Positions 54,481 through 64,000 of a DNA stretch of 64,000 bases are shown here, one piece after another. Under the pieces are notes generated by a model. The model was not told the origin of the DNA. It was given only the letters and a program-made list of their open reading frames with translations, and did no database searches. Location of the stretch: the NCBI GenBank assembly GCA_013265495.1, contig MU057398.1, positions 1 through 64,000 of the forward strand. Reading direction: 5' to 3'. Both the position numbers and the translations under genes were made by a program. The DNA comes from Vicugna vicugna (lineage: Eukaryota). How positions within the stretch are numbered: position 1 is the stretch's first letter; the number at the start of each line of letters is the position of its first letter.

Positions 54481-56324
54481 GACGTGCTCAGGCCAATGCT
54501 GCTTTTAGGATAGCCCTGGGGAATGGGAACCGATCGGTATGGGAAGTAGAAGACCCTCCCACCCCAAGCGCAATGGAGGCCGGGGGGACTGGGCGTTGAG
54601 GGGGGGTGTTAAAGGGCTTTTCCCCGGTCTGGGGGAGGGGCTGAGCAGCAGTCTGGGACGCGGGATGGGTGAATAGGGGACGGTTCCTGCTAGTTGGAGG
54701 AGGAGTCCTTTCCTTTTGAGTCAGGGTCGAGCCTCAGCTTGGCGGGGAGGTTGGGGCGGGTAGCCTAGGGCCCAAGTGCTGTGAAGGAGGGGGAGGGGCA
54801 GCCCTTGCTAATTGAAGATGAGCTCAAGGCCCTGGGTGAACAGGGCTATTTTTCTGTCGCCCTTCTGGGGCCACCATCTCCCGCTCCAGTGGGCCCCCCC
54901 CCCACTTAAACTCCTTTGCTGCCTCCTCTAGTCTATATTTGGGTGATTAATTATATGTCTTTCTCCATCCTCCCCACACACACACTCGTCTGCCGCCCAA
55001 AGCCCATGGTCCCTTTCAAACCCCCCCCAAATCCTGGCCCTCTTCCCGGAGGTCCCACCCTGTTCCAACTGACACCCTCCAGCCAGCGTTGGCCCAGCCA
55101 GGGCTGCCACCCCTCCAGACTCCTTGGTCAGTGAAATATTTCCTCTTCAACCTCAGACCTGACATTTTTCTTTTACCAAAGGCTTTCAGAGGGGATTGCT
55201 AGAACAGCACCCACTCTGGGTACTAATGCCGCCTCACCCCATCCCCCAACCTCCCTCCCCAACTGGGCCTTTAAGTAAAAGCTGCTTGCACAATGCCTGG
55301 CACAGTCCAATCCGTGTCCCCAAAACGGCTCAGGATCTATATTTAGAATCCTATTGAACAGTGATTTCCAACATTCTTTGGTTAAGAGACCCCTTAGAAA
55401 ATCACCCAAAAGTGTGAATTCTCTTCTGAGAAACCTGACAGCACAGAGATTAGGATCCCATTCAGGAGGCTCATGGGCCAGAATCCTGTCTACCAAGTGC
55501 TGGTTGAAAATGCAGATTTCTTGGCCCCACCCACACCTGCTACTCTGCCCCTTGAGTTCTTAGCAAACCCCAAGCCAGGGTTCTAATCCACTGATTCAGC
55601 CCTAGCCCTAACCTGCCCAGGCTCTGCAACTGGCCCGGGGCCCCTTGGGATTTGCACAGTATTCCCACCCCCATTTAGAATCTTTCATATCCAGGACAGT
55701 GTAACTTAAAGGAAGCTATACTTGCAATTTATTTTGATTTTCAATGAGATACCATGCATCTTCTTGGGGAAATGGGAACATAAACCTTCCCTCAATTAAG
55801 TACAACAAACACTAAAAATCCCCTTCTGGTCTACCTTCTGGTTTTTTATAGAAGGGAAAGAAAATGGAAACCTAAACAGAGAGGGACAGGTGCCCAGGCA
55901 TCGTGAAAGAGGAAAACTGGGGAAGACGGAGACAGATGCCTCCTACCCACGCACACAGAAAAAGACACACACAGACGCAAACATCCTGAGAGAAGCAGAC
56001 ATTCCTGGGGAAACACCCTCTCTTTTGGCCCTTTAGGATTCACTTCTAGTAGCAATGCATTTGTACAGCACAGGGTGGGCCCAAATCAGGCCTTCGCAGC
56101 CACATCCTGGTGGGACGTGTTGGGAGCCCCTGAAGGCTAAGCCCAGCGCTGCCTGACTCAGGTGGATTGGGGTCTCAGCAGTGTGTGGGTGTGTTCAGTC
56201 TCACAACCCAAAACGACGTTCCCAGAAGGTGTACCCAAGTCTGCTTCTGTGCCCCCAGATTATTTCAGTCCAACAAGTGGGACCTTACCTACCTGGTTAA
56301 TCACTCAGATTGTTCTGAGATGCG

Positions 56325-56349
56325 ATGCCATCCTGTGTGTCTCTTTTGG
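56325..56349 (+). CDS. ZNF275: First coding exon of a ZNF275-like C2H2 zinc-finger gene (MPSCVSLL-G, phase 1). The remaining exons appear to lie beyond the window.
   Basis: Acceptor ttctgtgcccccag (56258) and donor G|GTAAGC (56350). The peptide matches my recollection of the human ZNF275 N-terminus (..PCVSLLG). It lies about 2 kb downstream of the CpG island. Confidence 0.6.
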
Positions 56350-58424
56350 GTAAGCCTGGGTGTTTACAGACCATGTCTGTTGGCCTTCAAGCTGGCCGTG
56401 CTGTTACCAGATCCCATGGGTGGGGATGCAAGAGGGTGAGAAGTGTCATTTTTGTTCTGGAAGCACTTATGTTTTCATATGTGCCAGTGTCATCAAACCA
56501 TCTTTGCCAAGAGACAGTTCTCTCAATCTAAGTAACACAACTCAAGGGAGAACAGATACACAGGAAGGAGAATTGAGAGTCCAGGTGATCGTTTGAACGG
56601 GAGAGGGAGCTGAAGGCACCCATCTGAATTAGCTAATGGAGAGTGCGGTCTCCCATGTGACCTATAAAGACACCCTCCAGGGCATTTATGCTCTGGCATA
56701 GAACTGAAATGAACACCATGAGCCACCCTTTGTCTTCTGGGGTCGGAGGACATTCTGCTCGGGTCCTTACTTAGATGCTCCAGGGAGTCCAGGTGCTTCT
56801 GGCATCCCTTTGAAGTTTCTGGACGCCGCCAGCTCTGACTTGGGTGCCCCTGCTCCCTGTCCCCTGCCCCCGCTGCTCAGCTGAGGAGGCTGCTTGGCTA
56901 TCTGTGCTGCAGAATCAGTCAAACACTGATCTTTTAGGTTCAGAAATGACCTTTCCTAGTAGCCATACATTCTAAGGAGGGGTCCTGGGCTCAAAGGTGA
57001 CCTGAAGACACCTGATTATTCACCTCTTTTTGTGACATCGGTTGGCTTTTGTCTCCATTGAATTCAACTCTTAACTTCTGTTCTTTCAAGTCAAAAGGAA
57101 TGAATGTTTTGGTTGTCAATGTTTCTGATTCCCTATGGAAAATTCAATTTAAAGAACTTGGTTAAAGTTTACATTGCTGTCTTAAGCACATATCAAGAAG
57201 GTTCGTTCACTCACACAAACTCTTATGTTGTAGGAAACAGGATTTTTCAGATTTTCAGGCAGTGAGTTAGCATTGCCACTGTTTCCTGTGTCCATGAAGC
57301 AGCTTCAGTGTCCATGGCACTTGGCTAGGTCCAGGGTGGACTCCACAGTCAACCTTGATAGCAGCGTCTCTGGTCTCTGGGAGTACATAGTCATTAGATG
57401 ACACTTCAGATCCCACTTAAGGAAGGAAGATATTGTTTATATTAAGAGGCAGAGATTTGTTTTCCCATAGTCTTTCTCCTAACTTCTCTTTCCCGCTTGT
57501 GTAAAGGAGTTGAGGCATGCCTTTCCATGGTGAATGAAAGTGCCTTACATTCAAGGTCAGCCTTACCCTCTGTATCCATTGGGTGCATGACAATGCTTTT
57601 CACTTTCTCCCTGGAATTGCTTTGACCTTGAGCCCCCAAGGTCCACTTTTGGAAGGCAGTGGGTACCTGTCTTTGTCACTTTGGTCACAGAGTCCAGCTT
57701 CTTTTCCAGACTAGTTCCACCGTTTTAAAGTAGAGCAGTTGGGCAACATGGCTTCTAAATTATCAGACTGTCTTCAGGATTGATAAAGATTTTATTTTTA
57801 ACTGCAGTGAGATTAATGTGTATTATCTTTTTTAATGATCTTCCTTTGCATCTCCTAAAACTTTTACCCAATATACTTTGTTAATTGCGCAGAATTTAGC
57901 CTTCTTTTGTGAAAACAAGGCTCACATTTTCCCTCCCATTTTTATGAACGCCTTCTAAGTGGTCTCTGTGTGTCCATGGGTTCTGTCACTGTGGGTGGGT
58001 GATCGGAAGTGTGCTTTGGTTGAGTCCCCTGGGCAAACCTGGTACAGGAAGGGCCACTCCTGCTGTTACACAGGGAAAGATAGTTAACAGTTCACTTGGG
58101 GGTTGTGGTTCCAGGACTTCAACAGTTAATCATGCCAATTAAGTAAAACACTTCGGTAGGATCTGCTCAATTACATGAAACACTTTGGAAGGTCTTGCTC
58201 AATTAAACGTGGGTGGCTTGGAAGAACTGTGAGCGAGTGAGAGAGAATGACGTGTGTCTCTACTGCGCAGGGAGGGTCTGCGATGGCGTGTTCACAGGAG
58301 GATGGAAAGCCAGTCCCCTAAACCCATATAGACCACTAGGCTTCAAGGGCATTCAGTGGCTGCCTGCCCTCTGGATATGGCCTGGAGTTAGATATTACTG
58401 CTCTCTTCTCTGGAGTGGTTCAAA

Positions 58425-58610
58425 ATGTCTCAAATCTTGGGAGCTAGACCTTAGGCAAGTTACTTAACCTCTCAGATCCATGACTTCCTTCTCTGTAAAT
58501 TGGAAGTGGGAATAACTATAGGTTGCAACAGTTACATTAAATTAAGTGAAGAGAGAAGCACCGTGGCAAGCATGCAGCAGGTACTCTGTAAATGGAAGTT
58601 CACTGCATTG
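58425..58610 (+). mobile_element. MIR SINE remnant
   Basis: gaccttaggcaagttacttaacctctc..ttctctgtaaattggaa. Confidence 0.7.
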
Positions 58611-60149
58611 AACACAGCCCTCCCCCAAAGTTAATCACATGCCCCCCTGGAGCTAGCTGGGGATGCAAGTTGACCAGGAAAGAGAAGGCCCCTGTCCTGT
58701 GAGAGGTGACATTTCTCCCAGGGAAAATCAGATAAAAATGTGCAATTCCAGAGGATAAATTTTAGGTAGTGAAGAGTGTTACAAGTAACCCTGATGGGGC
58801 TGGGAGGCCGAATTCTGAATTCTCCAAAGGAGCCACCCACTTGTGGCAGGTTCAGAGGCCCTGAGGGCTGTCACCTTGCATATTTAGGACAGAATGAAAA
58901 CCAAGTGTCTGGAAGGAATGACTGAGATGTGGGGTGCAGGAAATAGGCCTGATGGGCTCAGCCAGGACCTTGTCGGGGGCTAAGGTGTCTGGCCTGAGGG
59001 CAGTGAGATGAGGTTTGTCATGGACTGTCCTTCTCAGAAGGTGCATGTCAGGTGTTCTCTCCATTCCACTGGGCAACAAAACCTCAATGTCAATTGGACG
59101 TGAATTTTTAAAAACGAATTGTATAAGTAACCTATGAGCAGGTCATTTTGTATTGGAAGCCTGAGTCAAACCAGACATCAGATATACCAGGAAAAATCCA
59201 ACTGCCCAGAGAGTGCCCTGCCCAGGTGACAGTGGGGTATAGATGGCTTGGCTGCTGGGCACCTGGGACTTCCCTCACATGCTGGGGAAGCATCTGTGCT
59301 GGGCAGTCTGTTAAAGATGCAAGTGGGGTTTCCGTGGACACTGGGGCCAAAGGAGGCCTTCTGCTCACACCTGTCCATGGTGCTGATAGCTGGGGCGGGG
59401 GTGGCGGTGGGAGCCCTGGAAGTCACAACCCCATGGACCTGTCTCTAAGCTTTCTGGGTCTGCCCACACATTCCTGCTAGCACTGCTCCACTGTGCCTGC
59501 CTCGTCTTTGCCGGCACCTCAGGATGTTGCCCAGTTTCAAGGACCATTCCCTCTTGTCTCCTTGGCCTCAGCCCTGTCCTCTCACGTGCTGGGCATCTCT
59601 CTTATCCAAAGTCTACCCAAACCTTTTCAAATTGTTTTTTCCTTTCTGATCACCAGAGAAATGCAGCTTGGTTACTAAAACTTCCTTATGGAAACAGAAA
59701 GCCAAAGACCTTTCTAGACCTGAACTCTACCCCAGGGTGGCACACATTGCGGTCTAGATGTGCTCAATTTAGCTATGAGTCACCCTCAGTTTATTCCTTT
59801 TTTCTCCTAAAATGCAAATATATACTGTTCTCTCCCCTCCCCCTACCTTCTTTAGATTTTTAAATAAATAGTTGCTGTCTGTCTACAATCTTCTTTGAAG
59901 GATTCAAATTTTGTAATCTGCTGTCTGTCATCCTGCATAGGCTACCTGTTGGTTTTTATTCTCATTTTCAGTTACTTATGTCTCTTTTTTGTTGTTGTTG
60001 TTGTTTCTTGTTTCCTCTTACCTATTGATTTTATACTTAAGTTCTTCAATTTTCTTCCTATTCTGAGTTCTAGGATTCCTCACAAAGGTCTCCCTCTTGT
60101 TTTTCTGACATTAGGATTATTGAGATCCTTCCTGTTGGGTATAGTATGT

Positions 60150-62335
60150 TTTCCACCTGTTTACTTGTAACCTATCTATGTCTTTACATTTAAAGTCTTT
60201 ATATTTAAAGTTTCTTGTAGACAGCATACAGATGAGTCTTGTTTTTTTAAATATAGTCTGATGATCTCTGTGTATTAATTGGTGTGTTTAGTCCATTTAT
60301 ATTTAACTTAATTATCCATATGGTTGGATTTAAGTTTGCCTCTTGCTATTTGTTTCTATTTGTCCCATATGTTCTTTTCCCTTTGTTTTTACCTTTCTTC
60401 TTTTGGATTTTTTTTTTGAATTGTATTTTATCTTCACTACTGGCATACATGAGAGTCTTGGAGGGCTTCCTAAAACACGAAATCATATGTTTTATTTCTA
60501 CATATGTTATAAGCCCCACACTGCCTTATTATTTTTGCTTTAAATGTTCAGTTTTCTCTTAAAGATGTCAAAATGAAGGAAGTAAAAGCATTTTATATTT
60601 CCCCACATACTTAACATTCCTCATGTTCTTCATTCCCTATGACCCAAGTTTCCATCTGGTATCATTTCCCTTCACCTGAAGAACTTTCTTTAATATGCCT
60701 TGTAGTACAGGTCTGCTGGTGACAAATTCTCTCAGCTGTTCTTTGTCTAAAAAAGTTTTTTATTTTGCCTTCATTTTTGAAGGATACCTGTCCTGAATAT
60801 AGACTTCTAGATTGACAGGGTTTTTTTTTTCCTTTAGCTCTTTAAAAATGCCATTCAGTTATTTTCTGACTTGTACACTTTCTGATAAGAAGTCAGCAGT
60901 TATTCTTATCTTTGTTCCTCTGTCTATAACATCTTTTTTTCCTCTTGGTTCTTTAAGATTTTCTCTTTTATCACTAGTTTTCTGCAATTTGATTATGATG
61001 TGTCTCGGTATACATGTTTGGGTTTGGGGAGTTTTGTTTAGTCTTGCTAGGGATTGACTGAGCTTCTTGGACCTAGGTTTCATCAAATTTGGAAAATAAA
61101 TTTTATTTGTTATTTCTTCAGTTATACTTTTATCCCCCTCCTCCTCTTCCTCATCTTCTCAGATTCCAGTTACATGTATGTTAGAATACTTTCTGTTATC
61201 CCCAAATCACTGTGACTCTGTTCTTTTAATATTTTTTTCTTTCTGATATTTATCTGGAATAGTTTCGATTGCTGTCTTCAAGTTTTCTAATCTTTTTGGG
61301 GGGGGGCAGGAGGGCTGTGTCTAATCTGCTGTTAATCACATCCGGAGAAATTATCATTTTAAATGTTACAGCTTTTACCTCAGTAAGTCCCATTTGGTTC
61401 TTGTTTACATCATCCATTTCTCTCATTATATTCCTGTTTTCCTTTCAATACTTATACATAGTTAAACTAGATGTTATCCTTGTTTGTAAGTTCTATCAGC
61501 GATCATTTCTGAGTGTTTCTATTGATATTTCCTTGCCATGAGTCACATTTTCCTGTTTCTTGGCATTTATGTAACTTTTTATTGGATGGTGGACATTATA
61601 GAGATTATGTTGTTGAGTGTCTGGGTTTTGTTGTTTCACTGTGAAAAGTGTTGGACTTTGTTTTGGGAGGTAGTTATTTATAGAACAGTTTCATCCTTCT
61701 GAGGGCTATTTTTAAGCTTTTCTAGAGCAGGTCCAGGGTAGCTGTGGCTCCAGGGATACATCAGTCCTACTACTAAGGGATGGCCCCTTGATTCTCTACT
61801 AAATACCCCAGTTGATCACTGAAGCTTCTCTACTCTGGTTGATTGGACCCTGAACATCTCCCTACCTTTGTGTGTCCCAGGAATTGTTTAGATTACAGCT
61901 TCCTGGTCATTATTTTCTTATTCTTTGGGAGTTTCACTCTATGCATGCATGGCTTGGTAGTCAAGAACAACTCAAAGGGAGCCTTACACAGATTTTTTGG
62001 AACTCTTCTGCATACCTCCCTCCTTTTTGGACCTCTGCTCTACAACCTCTAGCTGCTTCAGCTTCCCTGAGCACTGGTCTGTATTAATGATGAAACCACC
62101 AAGCTCTGTTTCGGGCCCCCTTCCCTACACTCTTAATCTGGAAATTGCCTCCAGGAAGATATCTGGGCCAATGATCAAACTCACCTCATTTGTTTCTGTT
62201 TTCTCACAAATCTGATCCAGTGCTGCCTACTGTCCGATATCTAAAAACTATTGTTTCACATCTGTTTTGTCCAGTTTCCTACTTACTTATGGCAGGAGAT
62301 TAAATCTGTTCCTTTTACTCCATCATGGCCAAAAG
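60150..62335 (-). mobile_element. Old L1 (5' region/ORF1), antisense, intronic
   Basis: ORF 60859-61086 PRHIIIKL..GTKIRITADFLSE is ORF1p-like. Confidence 0.8.
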
Positions 62336-63805
62336 TGGGCGTCTCTGTCTATCCCTTTTAATATAACATCTTACTTTATGTAAAAGTCTTTCTGGAGTAT
62401 CTGGGTTTTATACTCCTTGAGCTGGTGTAAAAATGCTTCCTTTTCGTTTAACTGTGAAACAATTTGACCTGACATCATAACAGAAACGGTATTCCTGTGT
62501 CTGTGAACTTACTGAGTGGGAGGCTTGTGATGCATGCACACCAGTGGTGGGATCTGACAGAAGAAGTTCACTTGCATGTGTGGTTCTTTTATTTCACAAC
62601 TTACTGTTTGAAGATCTTTTTTTTTTTTGAGGCTTCTTTTTCCAGCAATTTTGTTCAACTTTTCATTTTGTTAGCTATGTTACAGAAATGTTCTTGCCTG
62701 CAGCCGTCTTGTTGTCACCTGGCGAGTTGTTTCAGTGGGGTGGGGAGGGGCTCCTGCTCTTTCTTACCTCTCTCCTCTCCAGTGGCCCAATCCAGTTTTT
62801 TATGGTCCCTACAAAGTTGAAAAGGCTCTCTCACTTCCTAGTTATTTATTCCAATGTTCTTTTGGGGGATGCTTCCTTTCTGTGCAGTATGAGCATTGAT
62901 GTATTGGAGGCCTACTGCTTGGAGGCCTGTGGCCGACCTGCCTCTGGGAGCCAGTCCCCCTGCTATTGGCTCTAGGTCTATGTTTGTCCTCAGTGTGTGC
63001 CTGGGCTAACATTCATTTGTCCTGTCCAGGTTCTTTCTGGCCTGCCTGTATTAGTTCTTTGCCAGCCCACTTTCCCCACTGTTTAGGATCTGTTTTTTCA
63101 GGCATACCCGTGCTCTGGCTTGTCACTCAGCCTATGTGCAAGGGAAGGTGCTACAAGATCTAAAACCAGGGAAAGGGAAATTGCCAGTTTCACCCCAGGG
63201 GACCCAGAGGCAGGGCTGCTAGCACTCACAGCTCTTTTCACTTTCCTTAGCTCTGCCTGTCCCCCAGGGTCTTGCCCTTTCCTGAGATGGGTTCCCAGGA
63301 ACCCAAGTCCTGGCAGGCCCTCTTGAGATGCTGGAAGCCCAGGTGAGCTGTGCTTCCCTCTGCCTGGCTTGGGAATCTGTCACTGCTCCCTGATTCTGGC
63401 CTCAGCCTCTGACTCTTGCCCCAGCATGACATACAACAGGGCCTGAACCCCAGCTGCTGCCTGCCCTCTCTCTCTCTGCTTTTGTCCCCAGAGTCTGCCA
63501 AGGAAGGGATGCCTGCTGGCTTGTAATTCCCATTGTAGTGATGGGGGAGCTGAGTGTCAATCCAGGAAAGTGATTGAACTGAGGTCCCTTGGGAGGACAG
63601 TGGGATCCAGGGCCACAGCCCAGGTCTCCTGGCACACGGTCAGGTTCTCTTTCCAGGACTTCTTGAGGCTTGCAGTGATACGTCCATGTTAGCAATGCAC
63701 ACCCACTCTCCAGACTCTCACCTCTTGTCCCTGGGGTTACTGGCACTACCCTTGCCTCATTCTCAAATGGATGGAAGGACAGATTATCCATGGGAATTCT
63801 TTCAG

Positions 63806-63914
63806 GATTCGGTGACATTTGGTGACGTGGCCTAATACCTCACAAAAAGGGAGTGGTTGAGATTGGACCCTGAGCAGAGGGTGCCGGCATATTGAAGATA
63901 CATGACCTCCTTGG
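63806..63914 (+). pseudogene. Degenerate KRAB-A box pseudo-exon
   Basis: ttctttcag|GAT TCG GTG ACA TTT GGT GAC GTG GCC TAA ... TCC TTG G|gtaagg translates as DSVTFGDVA*YLTKREWLRLDPEQRVPAY*RYMTSL-G. KRAB-A consensus for comparison: VTFEDVAV.FT.EEW.LLDP.QR.LY....ENY.NLVSLG. Confidence 0.85.
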
Positions 63915-64000
63915 GTAAGGATGCCCCTAGCCCTTTCACCAGCCTGGCCAGCTGCTTCCTGCTCCTATGAAGCAGAGAGTGAGATGAGGGGCACCAGGCA

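Overview
Eutherian mammalian genomic DNA. The L1 3'-tail types and the lack of recognisable Alu, B1, Bov-tA or PRE-1 SINEs suggest a cetartiodactyl, possibly a camelid (inference). The gene content points to the Xq28-type PNMA6/ZNF275 region. One intact-looking gene is present: a Ty3/Gypsy Gag-derived PNMA6E/F-like gene on the minus strand (ATG 43211, poly(A) signal 39496-39501). It carries an Ala/Gly/Glu repeat linker, about 8 copies of a 63-bp (21-aa) C-terminal repeat, and a 1-nt frame break in a C8 run that leaves the PNMA6-type acidic tail in the -1 frame. Divergently oriented about 10 kb away is a CpG-island promoter with the first exons of a ZNF275-like gene, whose intron holds a dead KRAB-A exon that still has both splice sites. 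The most striking non-genic structure is a 1,041-bp, 100%-identical inverted repeat (15220-16260 / 30511-31551) of apparently unique sequence. It has diverged fringes and flanks a 14.25-kb spacer, which itself contains a second, partly homogenised inverted repeat inside an L1 5' end. The rest is mostly TE debris: L1, L2, L3, MIR, Tigger1, MLT/ERV LTRs and MER elements. Repeat family names are from visual recognition, and many repeat boundaries are approximate.
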